Shown here: positions 23,310 to 32,000 of the stretch, one piece after another
How positions within the stretch are numbered: position 1 is the first letter of the stretch
How the letters are laid out: every line of letters begins with the position of its first letter
Sequence record: OZ076499.1
Reading direction: 5' to 3' (one strand)
DNA length: 32,000 bases
Translations under genes and position numbers: made by a program
Notes under the pieces: generated by a model
Databases searched by the model: none
Seen by the model: only the letters and a program-made list of their open reading frames with translations
Told to the model about the DNA's origin: nothing

Positions 23310-23445
23310 CCCCCTCTCCTGCAAATGCAGCGATGCTGCTCCGCGTAGCTGTCCCTAGCTTTGCTAGGAGGCCGCGGTAGCAAAGCAAGTGCTAGCAAAG
23401 TAAGCGCTCTCGGCTCCGGATGAAGGCCAAGGATTTAAAAAAATA
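23310..23445. repeat. GC-rich island
   Basis: Contains GGTAGCAAAGCAAGTGCTAGCAAAGTAAGCGCTC and CTCGGCTCCGG motifs. Confidence 0.75.
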
Positions 23446-23542
23446 ATCCACATAGTTAATTAAAATATTTCAATAAAAACATTTAGATAGTAATTATTAT
23501 AAAAATTTAATAATTATAATAAAATAAACAATTAATATTAAC

Positions 23543-23711
23543 TATAATTAAAAGTAGTTAAGTTAAACAAATTATAAATAAAAATTGAAAGCCTATAATT
23601 TAATGGTAGAATAATTTCTTGATGAGGAATCTGTAGAAGTTCAAATCTTCTTGGGCTTAATATAAAAATAATAAAAATAAATTATTGTAATAGTGTAAAA
23701 AGAAATAATAC
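23543..23711 (+). repeat. Dispersed direct repeat, copy 1 (includes trnI)
   Basis: 23543-23662 is identical over 120 nt to 27591-27710. The following roughly 50 nt are similar but contain indels. Confidence 0.92.
23589..23659 (+). tRNA. trnI: tRNA-Ile (anticodon GAT), copy 1
   Basis: Acceptor AAGCCTA/TGGGCTT, anticodon stem ATTTC/GGAAT with loop TTGATGA, T arm AGAAG-TTCAAAT-CTTCT. Confidence 0.85.
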
Positions 23712-23794
23712 TAAATTAAATAGAATAATTTTAATTGAATATATTTTTTTGCGTATACTTTTAAATATATATTATTACTTTTTTTTTTTTCCTC

Positions 23795-23885
23795 CTACTT
23801 TCTTAGCGCAGCTGCACCGCATCTCTCGGCTCCTTGCCCTTAGAAGCTAGGTAAGGCATCCTCCGCAGGATATGAAGGACGATGG
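23795..23885. repeat. GC-rich island
   Basis: CCTTGCCCTTAGAAGCTA lies at 23832-23849. It is the inverted copy of the module at 48-65. Confidence 0.8.
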
Positions 23886-24246
23886 AAGTAACTTACATTT
23901 TCAATTTAATCTAGTCTAAAAATTAGTCAATAAATATAAAGTAATCTATAATTATAAAGAGTCTTTGTAGCTATTGCTTATATTTTAAAATCTTGTAATA
24001 TAATGTATTTATAATTTTTTTAATTTTAATATATTAAATTAATCTACAATATTTAAATAATCTAGTTTTTATTAAAATCCTTTTTAAAACTTTTTAATTC
24101 TTAATAGAATAATAACTTGATTTTCTATCTTGGCTGTATAAACAAGAAAAGTTACAAATTACAGTGATTTCATTAATAATTATATTAATATTTTAACTAA
24201 ATATAATTAATCTAATGAGAAATAAATTACAAAAATAAATAAAAAT

Positions 24247-25263
24247 ATGATAACTAATAATTTAATGTTAACAATTATAAGTGTAATTCTTAATTTAATA
24301 GATGTTTTATGTGTAATTCTACCAGTTCTTCTAGCGGTTGCTTTTATGACTATAATTGAAAGAAAACAATTAGCTGCTCATCAAAGAAGAGTTGGACCCA
24401 ATACTGTAGGATATTACGGAATACTTCAACCATTTGCTGATGCTCTAAAATTAATTCTTAAAGAAACTGTAATTCCTTCTCAATCAAATAAAGTATTATT
24501 TTATTTAGCTCCTGTTTCTACTTTAGTTTTCAGTTTATTAGGTTGGGGAATTATTCCATTTGGACAAGGATTAGCAATATCAGATTTATCCTTGGGTATT
24601 TTATATACTTTAGCATTATCCTCTTTAGGAGTATATGGAGTATTATTAGCGGGTTGGTCAGCTAATTCTAAATATGCCTTTTTAGGTTCACTAAGATCTA
24701 CAGCAGCTATGATATCATATGAATTAATATTAAGTTCAGCTATACTTATTATTATTTTATTAACTGGTTCATTAAATTTCACTTCTATTATAGAAAGTCA
24801 ACAAGCTATTTGGTTTATTGTTCCTTTATTACCTGTTTTTATTTTTTATTTTATAGCGATTTTAGCTGAAACTTCTAGAACACCTTTTGATTTACAAGAA
24901 GCTGAATCGGAATTAGTTGCTGGATTCTTCACTGAACATTCTTCTGTTCCATTTGTTTTCTTCTTCCTTGGTGAATATTCTTCAATTGTTTTATTCAGTT
25001 GTATTTCTTCTATTTTTTTCCTTGGTGGATATAATTTTCCTGAATTATTTGTAAATGATTCTTTGTTAAATCTTCAAGCTATTATTTTAGGTTTAAAAAC
25101 TTGTATTTTCTGTTTTTTATTCGTATGGTTTAGGGCTACTTTACCTAGACTTAGATATGATCAATTAATAGATTTATGTTGGTTAAATCTTTTACCTGTA
25201 GCCGTTGCCTTTATTATATTAGTTCCAAGTATATTAGTGGCTTTCGATATTTCACCTTATTAA
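24247..25263 (+). CDS. nad1: NADH dehydrogenase subunit 1
   Basis: 338-aa intronless ORF with ERKQLAAHQRRVGPNTVGYYGILQPFADALKL and ETSRTPFDLQEAESELVAGF motifs. Confidence 0.96.
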   Translation: MITNNLMLTIISVILNLIDVLCVILPVLLAVAFMTIIERKQLAAHQRRVGPNTVGYYGILQPFADALKLILKETVIPSQSNKVLFYLAPVSTLVFSLLGWGIIPFGQGLAISDLSLGILYTLALSSLGVYGVLLAGWSANSKYAFLGSLRSTAAMISYELILSSAILIIILLTGSLNFTSIIESQQAIWFIVPLLPVFIFYFIAILAETSRTPFDLQEAESELVAGFFTEHSSVPFVFFFLGEYSSIVLFSCISSIFFLGGYNFPELFVNDSLLNLQAIILGLKTCIFCFLFVWFRATLPRLRYDQLIDLCWLNLLPVAVAFIILVPSILVAFDISPY

Positions 25264-25273
25264 TATTTAATTT

Positions 25274-25400
25274 TCTGCGGAGCGCGGAGGAAACCGATCC
25301 TAAGGGCGGAGCTTTTGCTCCTAAGGTAATAACCCTTAGGTGCTGGTAAGGGCTGTTCGGGTGGATGGCCGGAGGGCGCACAGCAATCAAATATTTTAAC
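25274..25400. repeat. GC-rich island starting 11 nt after the nad1 stop
   Basis: Contains CTGCGGAGCGCGGAGG, CCTAAGGGCGGAGC and CCTTAGG palindromes. Confidence 0.75.
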
Positions 25401-25780
25401 CCCCTTAACATTACTAACTTTAAAAACAATCTGCTATTACTAGTAATTAATTTGAAAAGTGTAAAAATCTAAAAAATACTAATAAAAGTATAGTATAGTA
25501 AATATAATTTTTATAATTAAATTAATTATATTCTACTACAATTTAAGCAACCAACAGTAAACATTATTATGTTTCTTTTTAATATATATTATAATTACGG
25601 ATATCTACCTTTTCTGCGTATTCCCTATTTAACATAGTATTGCAGAATAGGGTAAGGTAGTGTAAAAAAATTTAATAATTTAATTCTTATTAATCGATAA
25701 ATACAAAATATTAAATATTAAATAGTAACAAATAAATATTAATAACTCTTGGTATAAACAAATAAAATTAACTTTAAATT

Positions 25781-26149
25781 ATGGAAACTAATAACAAGAA
25801 TAATATTTTAGAATCTGTTCCTATTAAAAATGATGGAGAATTATTAGAAAATAAACTTCTTGAAGATAGAATTAATAATTTAAAATCTAATTTTGATATA
25901 AATAATTATTCTTTAAACACTGATCTAAATTTAGAAGAAAATGCAGTAACATTAAAATTACAAGAAAGCTTAGATAAGTTTAAGGAAGAAATAAAAATAA
26001 ATAATATGGATAATATAGACCGTAGTTATTATATTTTTAATACTGATAATAAAAGTGAAGGTATACCTTCTAGTTCTGGCGATGAAGTTGAAGATACTTT
26101 ATCTTTATCCGAAATTTTAAATGAAGAGAATTTAAAAGTTTTTAAATAA
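25781..26149 (+). CDS. Hypothetical acidic protein (orphan ORF D, upstream part)
   Basis: 122-aa ORF with ATG start. It ends at TAA 26147-26149 and is in the same frame as the ORF at 26246-27112. Confidence 0.45.
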   Translation: METNNKNNILESVPIKNDGELLENKLLEDRINNLKSNFDINNYSLNTDLNLEENAVTLKLQESLDKFKEEIKINNMDNIDRSYYIFNTDNKSEGIPSSSGDEVEDTLSLSEILNEENLKVFK

Positions 26150-26245
26150 AGCTTTACAGTTGAGAACTTATTATCAAGAATTAAAAACGGAAATTTATTA
26201 AGTTGTGAAAGTGAAGTATTAAATAAATTTCAATCTATTTTAAAT

Positions 26246-27112
26246 ATGACGGTTAATGTGAAAGCGGAAAATAGCTCAGATCCTTTATTTACAATTGAAG
26301 GTACAAAATTAAAATTAAATTTAGATTTAGCGAAAAGTGGTGAGGTATTAAATAGAGGAAGAGAGTATTTAAATACTTTAGGTGTGGATGAAATAATTGT
26401 AAGTGGAAACGTTGTACCAGGTTTAGGTGGTTATTTTTTTAATAAGAGAATAAGTCATTTATACGCTAAACATCTAACAGATAATCTAGTAGGGATTAAA
26501 GGAGTAGAAAGATTAAGTAAAATAAAAAATAATAATCAGTCTTTAATTCTTTTTAACCTTTTTGCAGGTTTAGCTACTGTAACTTGGGTTAGTTTTGCTA
26601 CTCAAACAATTAAAAATAAAGCAGAAAGTAAAATAAAAATTAGTTCAATTTTGAATTCAGATATAACTAAATCTATTATACCTTTTTTTATACTTAATAA
26701 ATTTAAAGCTTTTACTAATTTAGCAAAATCTATTTTTGTGTATATTTGCATTGGGCTATTATTATATTTTATAGATCTTTCAACAATATTTGATTATTTT
26801 AACTATAGCTACTTATTTATTATTTTTTATTTTTTATTATTATGTATTTATTATTTTATATTTAAATTAGTGATTATAATTTATTTTATTAATTCTCTGC
26901 GGAGCGCGGAGCGCGGAGAAAACAAATTAGAAAGTAAATATTATAAATATTTACCCGTTGAAATGAAAGAAACTATTACAATATTCCGAAATTTAGAATT
27001 TGATGCAGTAAGACAAATTATAAGTCGAAATTTAATAATAGTAATAAAAAATTTATTATTATTAGTAATAGGAATAATATTTTTAAATCTTATATATTTT
27101 ATTCTATTATAA
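26246..27112 (+). CDS. Hypothetical membrane-like protein (orphan ORF D, downstream part)
   Basis: 288-aa ORF whose C-terminal half is hydrophobic. An in-frame GC block at 26897-26918 encodes LRSAERGE. The frame is open back to the TAA at 26147. Confidence 0.5.
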   Translation: MTVNVKAENSSDPLFTIEGTKLKLNLDLAKSGEVLNRGREYLNTLGVDEIIVSGNVVPGLGGYFFNKRISHLYAKHLTDNLVGIKGVERLSKIKNNNQSLILFNLFAGLATVTWVSFATQTIKNKAESKIKISSILNSDITKSIIPFFILNKFKAFTNLAKSIFVYICIGLLLYFIDLSTIFDYFNYSYLFIIFYFLLLCIYYFIFKLVIIIYFINSLRSAERGENKLESKYYKYLPVEMKETITIFRNLEFDAVRQIISRNLIIVIKNLLLLVIGIIFLNLIYFILL

Positions 27113-27122
27113 TTAAACAAAT

Positions 27123-27146
27123 GCTCCGCGGCTCCGCGGCTCCGCG
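27123..27146. repeat. Tandem (GCTCCGCG)x3, 11 nt after the ORF D stop
   Basis: Direct reading. Confidence 0.9.
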
Positions 27147-27590
27147 TAAACAAATTAATAATTATCCCCCTTTTTTAAATTATTTATTCTTATCTATTGG
27201 TATATAAGATTTATTCTACTAAATTTTTCCATTATTTGTAAAAGACTTTTAAGATCCTTCGTCAAATATTTTAAACATTCGCTTTTAAGCGTTCCAATTA
27301 TTATTCAATAATTTTTGATATTCAAGATCATTAATATTATTTTTAATCAACAAGATCAACGTAATTATATATTTATATCCATAGCAAAGCGGCAAGTATA
27401 ATTTATAGGTTACTAGGTATTTTGTTTTTTGTTTAATTTAAAAAATATAATAAATATAATAAAGTAAATCAGATTTATAAAACATAAATATATTATAAAA
27501 GTTTGTTTAATTTTGGAATTATTTGGCTATAAATTAAAGTTAATTCTTAGGTAAAATATCATACTTTTTTAATCTAATCTATTAATTATT

Positions 27591-27745
27591 TATAATTAAA
27601 AGTAGTTAAGTTAAACAAATTATAAATAAAAATTGAAAGCCTATAATTTAATGGTAGAATAATTTCTTGATGAGGAATCTGTAGAAGTTCAAATCTTCTT
27701 GGGCTTAATAAAAAATAATTATTGTAATAGTGTAAAGAAATAATA
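27591..27745 (+). repeat. Dispersed direct repeat, copy 2 (includes the second trnI)
   Basis: See copy 1. The first 120 nt are identical. Confidence 0.92.
27637..27707 (+). tRNA. trnI: tRNA-Ile (anticodon GAT), copy 2, identical to copy 1
   Basis: The sequence is identical to 23589-23659. Confidence 0.85.
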
Positions 27746-28021
27746 CAAAATATAAATTTTCTGTTTAGGTTTAATTCCATATAATTATATATTACTTTAT
27801 TCCTAATTTTTATAAATAAAAACATTACAAAAAACTTACTTCAAATTTGATTTTCTATCAAGGCTTTTATATATTAAAACCTATTCTAATTTAATTTATG
27901 TCATTTTCACTATATTTGTTTAATATTGAAATCTAATTTAAACTAATTTTATCTAATCTTTATAGTAAAAGAAAATATTTACATATTTAAATATAAAATA
28001 ATCTAATTAACAAAAATAACA

Positions 28022-29182
28022 ATGAGAATATTAAAAACCCATGTCTTACTAAGATTATTAAATTCGTATATAGTAGATTCACCTCAACCAGCAAATATAA
28101 CATATTTATGGAATTTTGGATCTTTATTAGCTGTATGTTTAGTAATACAAATACTAACAGGAGCCTTTTTAGCAATGCATTATACACCAAATATAGATTT
28201 TGCATTTAATAGTGTAGAACATATAATGAGAGATGTAAATAATGGTTGGATAATTAGATATACACATGCAAATGTAGCATCATTCTTTTTTATCTTTGTA
28301 TATTTTCATATAGGAAGAGGTTTATACTATAGTTCTTATAAAACACCTAGAGTTTTAGTTTGGTCTATAGGAGTTATAATTCTTATACTTATGATGGCCA
28401 TAGGTTTCTTAGGTTATGTACTACCATATGGACAAATGTCTTTATGGGGAGCCACAGTAATTACTAATTTATTATCAGCAATACCAGTCTTTGGACAAGA
28501 TATAGTAGAATTAATATGGGGAGGATTTTCAGTATCAAATGCTACACTAAATAGATTTTTTTCTCTACATTATCTATTACCTTTTTTATTAGCAGCTTTA
28601 GCAGTAGCACATTTAATAGCTCTACATGTTCATGGATCAAATAATCCAAATGGAGTTACTTCAAATGGAGATAGATATGCAATGCATCCTTATTTTATTT
28701 TTAAAGATCTTGTAACTATTTTTGCATTCTTCTTAGCTATTTCTGTTATTGTATTCTTTTATCCTAATTTATTAGGTCATTCAGATAATTATATACCAGC
28801 AGATCCTATGGTTACTCCAGCATCTATTGTACCAGAATGGTATTTATTACCATTTTATGCTATATTAAGATCAATACCTAACAAATTATTAGGAGTAATA
28901 GCAATGTTTGGGTCTTTATTAATTTTATTAATATTACCTTTAACAGATTTATCTAGAATAAGAGGAAATCAATTTAGACCAGCAATGAAATTAGCTTTCT
29001 GGTTCTTTGCTGTAGATTTTATTATTTTAGCATGGATCGGTAGCCAACACCCTGAAACACCATACGTAGAAATTGGACAATTTTCTACTGCATTTTATTT
29101 TGCTTGGTTCTTAGTAATTGTTCCACTAATTGGTATAAGTGAAAATACTTTAATTGATGTTGCAACATCAAATGAACAATAA
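28022..29182 (+). CDS. cob: Apocytochrome b
   Basis: 386-aa intronless ORF with [28 protein letters not shown] and [22 protein letters not shown] motifs. Confidence 0.97.
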   Translation: MRILKTHVLLRLLNSYIVDSPQPANITYLWNFGSLLAVCLVIQILTGAFLAMHYTPNIDFAFNSVEHIMRDVNNGWIIRYTHANVASFFFIFVYFHIGRGLYYSSYKTPRVLVWSIGVIILILMMAIGFLGYVLPYGQMSLWGATVITNLLSAIPVFGQDIVELIWGGFSVSNATLNRFFSLHYLLPFLLAALAVAHLIALHVHGSNNPNGVTSNGDRYAMHPYFIFKDLVTIFAFFLAISVIVFFYPNLLGHSDNYIPADPMVTPASIVPEWYLLPFYAILRSIPNKLLGVIAMFGSLLILLILPLTDLSRIRGNQFRPAMKLAFWFFAVDFIILAWIGSQHPETPYVEIGQFSTAFYFAWFLVIVPLIGISENTLIDVATSNEQ

Positions 29183-29404
29183 TTATTCTACCATATCTCT
29201 ATCTAGTACTAGAAAGAAGTAGTAAACTATAGAATATTAAAGAAAAAATAATTTTAATAATTAAGACAATTTTTAATATGAAAAGCAATTTTTAAAGAAT
29301 AAAATAAATATTGAATATTTAATATTAAATTTATGTATAAACCCCTATCACTGGAACTAATTACAAAATTACAAAATTAAAAATATAAAAATAAACTTTA
29401 AATT

Positions 29405-29600
29405 AATCGCCTCCCCCCCAAATCCTTACTCTTCCTTACCCCGCGGAGCGCTTGCTTTGCTTCCCAAAGGCTGCAGCTACTCGGCTCCTAAGGGCAGCGT
29501 CCGCAGCGTCCGCAGCGTCAGCAGCGTTCGCTGCGTCCTCCGGACCCGGGAAGAATCGTAGAGGAAGGATTTTTTTTTGAGGAATGTGGGAGCGGTGGAA
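29405..29600. repeat. GC-rich island with a 9-mer array
   Basis: (GCGTCCGCA)-type units lie at 29496-29538. The island also carries CTCGGCTCCTAAGGGCAGC and GTCCTCCGGACCCGGG. Confidence 0.8.
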
Positions 29601-29734
29601 GGAGTTAGTAAACGGTTAAAGCTAATTAAACTAAAATATGTAAAAAAGGTAAATTAATAAAAAATATAAATTATTATAATATTATTTTTAATTCAAAATT
29701 AACATTTAAATTTACAATAATAAATAGTTATACG

Positions 29735-29945
29735 GACCCCTTCCCGCTACCGCTGCATCTTTCTGCCCTTACCTTTCTTTACCTTTCCTTAGGAGCTGTT
29801 AAGGCATGAGAGCTAGGGAAGGGAAGGATTGCTTGTCCTTCTGTTCTCCGGATGGACACCTCGGTTGCTGCAGCGCTTGCTTTGCAAGCGCTCCATAGGA
29901 AAGCGCTCCGCGGTCCGCGCTTCGCAGAATGGGGTATAACTAGGG
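29735..29945. repeat. GC-rich island
   Basis: Contains CTTGCTTTGCAAGCGCTCC and GCGCTCCGCGGTCCGCGC motifs. It accounts for track ORF 29852-30043. Confidence 0.75.
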
Positions 29946-30326
29946 CATTGATATTTACTACAAAACTGTTTTATATATTTTTTAATAATTTAATAAAGGT
30001 TCGAATCCTTTACTCTTTAGATTATATTACTACAAATAATTAATAATAAGTTATTTTAATTTGTTTTTGTTTATTAGTGATATAAGAATTTTACCACAAA
30101 GATCAATCTTAAAATGCCATTTAACTCAATAAATTATTTTAATTTTAAAAACTAAAGAATCCCGATGCCTCCTCCCTCAACGTTTAGCAATGAGGCCTGA
30201 GGATCGGGCACTAATATAAAGTTAGAAATTTGAGCATAATCATTAGGCATTTAGCTCTTATATTTATAATTGTTTTTTTTAATATTTATACAAAACATAT
30301 AAATAAATTAATAAATTTTATTTTAA

Positions 30327-30363
30327 ATATTTAAATAATATTGAATAAGTAATAATTTTTATA
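30327..30363 (+). repeat. 37-nt direct repeat, copy upstream of cox2
   Basis: atatttaaataatattgaaTaagtaataatttttata matches 31288-31324 at 36 of 37 positions. Confidence 0.9.
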
Positions 30364-30429
30364 TAAAGATATTATATCCATTTTGGAAAGAGGATACAGT
30401 AGATTAAGACCGATATTTTAAAATTAAAA

Positions 30430-31191
30430 ATGGCCTTATTACCTTCATTTCTTAATACTATATTTAATGATGCACCACAACCTTGGCAATTAGGTTTTCA
30501 AGATAGTGCAGCACCAGGTTTTACAGGTATTGTAACATTACATAATACTATTGGTTTTTATTTAATTGTTATTAGTTTTGCTGTATTCTGGGTTCTTTTT
30601 TCATTAATGTATTATTATAGTTCAAATAAAAATCCTATCGCACATAAATATTTAACTCACGGAACAGTATTAGAATTAATTTGGACAATTTCACCTGCAT
30701 TAATATTAATTGCAATCGCTTTCCCTTCGTTTAGATTATTATATTTAATGGATGAAGTTATTTCACCTACATTAACAATTAAAGTTGTAGGTCACCAATG
30801 GTATTGGTCTTACGAATATTCAGATTTTATCACTGATAGTGGAGATTCTATTGATTTCGATTCTTATATGATACCAGAATCTGATTTAGAATTAGGTCAA
30901 TTCCGATTATTAGATGTGGATAATAAACTTATAATACCAGTAGATTGCCATATTAGATTAATAGTTACAGGTTCAGATGTTCTTCATGCATTTTCAGTTC
31001 CTTCATTAGGGTTAAAATTAGATTGTGTTCCTGGTAGATTAAATCAAGTTTCTTTCTTAGCTGAAAGACCAGGTACTTTCTACGGACAATGTTCAGAAAT
31101 TTGTGGAGTATGGCATGGATTTATGCCTATAGTTGTAGAAGCAGTTTCTTCTCAAGATTTCTTAGTTTGGATTGATACAGCTTCTCAATAG
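30430..31191 (+). CDS. cox2: Cytochrome c oxidase subunit 2
   Basis: 253-aa intronless ORF with DAPQPWQLGFQDSA, HQWYWSYEYSD and the CuA motif CSEICGVWHGFMP. Confidence 0.97.
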   Translation: MALLPSFLNTIFNDAPQPWQLGFQDSAAPGFTGIVTLHNTIGFYLIVISFAVFWVLFSLMYYYSSNKNPIAHKYLTHGTVLELIWTISPALILIAIAFPSFRLLYLMDEVISPTLTIKVVGHQWYWSYEYSDFITDSGDSIDFDSYMIPESDLELGQFRLLDVDNKLIIPVDCHIRLIVTGSDVLHAFSVPSLGLKLDCVPGRLNQVSFLAERPGTFYGQCSEICGVWHGFMPIVVEAVSSQDFLVWIDTASQ

Positions 31192-31287
31192 TTGTATATT
31201 TGACTAATTATGTATTAACATTATTTTTTTATAATTTTAATTAAACATTTTAACATTATATAATTAAGTTATAAATTTAGAAGTTTT

Positions 31288-31324
31288 ATATTTAAATAAT
31301 ATTGAAGAAGTAATAATTTTTATA
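31288..31324 (+). repeat. 37-nt direct repeat, copy downstream of cox2
   Basis: See 30327-30363. Confidence 0.9.
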
Positions 31325-31584
31325 ATTGTCTATTTTTTAATTAACAAATTTTTATTATGAATTAATACCTTATCCCCTACTAATATTTTAATTATTAATA
31401 TTTATATTTAAATATTTAGCAAGATTTATTTAATATAAAAGAAATTTACTCAATACTTGTACAACGATATTTTAACATAGATTAAAAATAATTAATAAAA
31501 GAGACTTATAAAATATTTAGATATTAATTAAAATAAATTAAAATAAAAAATAAATTAATAAAAAATAAATAAAAACAAAATAAA

Positions 31585-31655
31585 GGGGGAATCTGATAAT
31601 GGTAATCAGTTGTATTTGCATTACAAATATGATAGTTCAAATCTATCTTTCTCCA
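31585..31655 (+). tRNA. trnA: tRNA-Ala (anticodon TGC)
   Basis: Acceptor GGGGGAA/TTTCTCC includes a G3:U70 pair. D stem TGAT/ATCA, anticodon stem TTGTA/TACAA with loop TTTGCAT, T arm GATAG-TTCAAAT-CTATC. Confidence 0.88.
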
Positions 31656-31714
31656 TTAAAATAAAAATAAAAAATAAAAATACGCTACTTTTTCCTGTTT
31701 TATTAGTGATAGCT

Positions 31715-31905
31715 CTCTGCGGATGCTGCGGATGCTGCGGAAGCTGCCCTTACCTTTCCTTAAATTTCCTTAGGAATATAGGTAGCATTTAAGGACAATG
31801 AGGCGGTCCCTTGCATTGCTAGGAGGGTAATGCGCTGCAGCGCAGCTGTGCTACGCAACCAAAAGGGCGCAGACTTTGCTGCAATTGTTAGGGCTGGCGA
31901 TAATT
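31715..31905. repeat. GC-rich island with a 9-mer array
   Basis: CTGCGGATGCTGCGGATGCTGCGGAAGCTGC lies at 31717-31747, followed by GC-rich modules. Confidence 0.8.
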
Positions 31906-32000
31906 TTCATTTACTACAAGTATCTATAAACTATAAATGTTGAGGAAGCAAACCAAAGAAATCCAATCTTAATAAATAAAATAAAAATAAATAAATAAAA

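Noticed and set aside
23371-23379. GCCGCGGTA, resembling the conserved small-subunit rRNA 530-loop sequence
   Set aside because: It is embedded in a GC island made of GCTAGCAAAGC modules, with no surrounding rRNA-like sequence.
24501-24782. Minus-strand ORF antisense to nad1
   Set aside because: It lies inside the nad1 CDS and has no independent support.
25214-25429. Minus-strand ORF overlapping the nad1 3' end
   Set aside because: It is mostly translated GC-island sequence and overlaps nad1.
25606-25660. Possible pseudoknot-like structure upstream of ORF D (CTACCTT, TTCTGC and CCCTAT with their complements)
   Set aside because: The complementary segments are short (6-7 nt) and not nested. 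I cannot separate this from chance without folding statistics.
26941-27153. Minus-strand ORF antisense to the end of ORF D
   Set aside because: It overlaps a longer ORF and a GC repeat array.
27586-27825. 79-aa minus-strand ORF
   Set aside because: It overlaps the second trnI copy and its duplicated flanks, and its sequence is low complexity.
27987-28205. Minus-strand ORF overlapping the cob start
   Set aside because: It is antisense to the well-supported cob CDS.
29995-30018. tRNA-like T arm (AAAGG-TTCGAAT-CCTTT followed by ACTCTT)
   Set aside because: I could not find a matching 5' acceptor strand, D arm or anticodon arm within 100 nt upstream. At most it is a tRNA 3' fragment.
29852-30043. 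63-aa plus-strand ORF
   Set aside because: It consists of translated GC-island sequence followed by AT-rich spacer.
31610-31792. 60-aa plus-strand ORF containing CGCCGCCGSC
   Set aside because: It overlaps tRNA-Ala and reads through the 9-mer GC array.

Overview
This is a strongly AT-rich fungal mitochondrial DNA segment, interrupted by about 30 short GC-rich islands. Genes fall into three orientation blocks. The first plus block (1-4300) holds trnH, atp6 and a decayed ORF array. The minus block (5407-22554) holds rps3, atp9, an orphan ORF, nad4, a second orphan ORF, cox1 and eight tRNAs. The second plus block (23072-31655) holds atp8, trnI, nad1, a third orphan ORF, a second trnI copy, cob, cox2 and trnA. 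I saw no rRNA gene. cox1 is a five-exon mosaic (predicted 527 aa) with four group I introns. Three introns carry LAGLIDADG ORFs and one carries a GIY-YIG ORF, and I infer an 11-nt micro-exon between the first two. The core genes contain no TGA. TGA does occur in frame in the GIY-YIG ORF and in orphan ORFs, yet the only tRNA-Trp in the window has anticodon CCA. The GC islands are built from shared modules: GCGGAGC/GCTCCGC cores, 7-9 nt tandem units, and a TAGCTTCTAAGGGCAAGG module. Some of them sit in frame inside rps3 and the orphan ORFs. One 8-nt tandem array separates two ORFs that would fuse if exactly one unit were lost. The taxon cannot be fixed from this window. The cox1 sequence, the free-standing rps3 and coding on both strands look more like Basidiomycota or early-diverging fungi than Pezizomycotina, but that is inference. 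The most novel-looking content is the set of unassigned, membrane-protein-like ORFs and their relationship to the GC elements. One of these ORFs shares a 28-nt upstream motif with cox1. I cannot assign a function to any of them.
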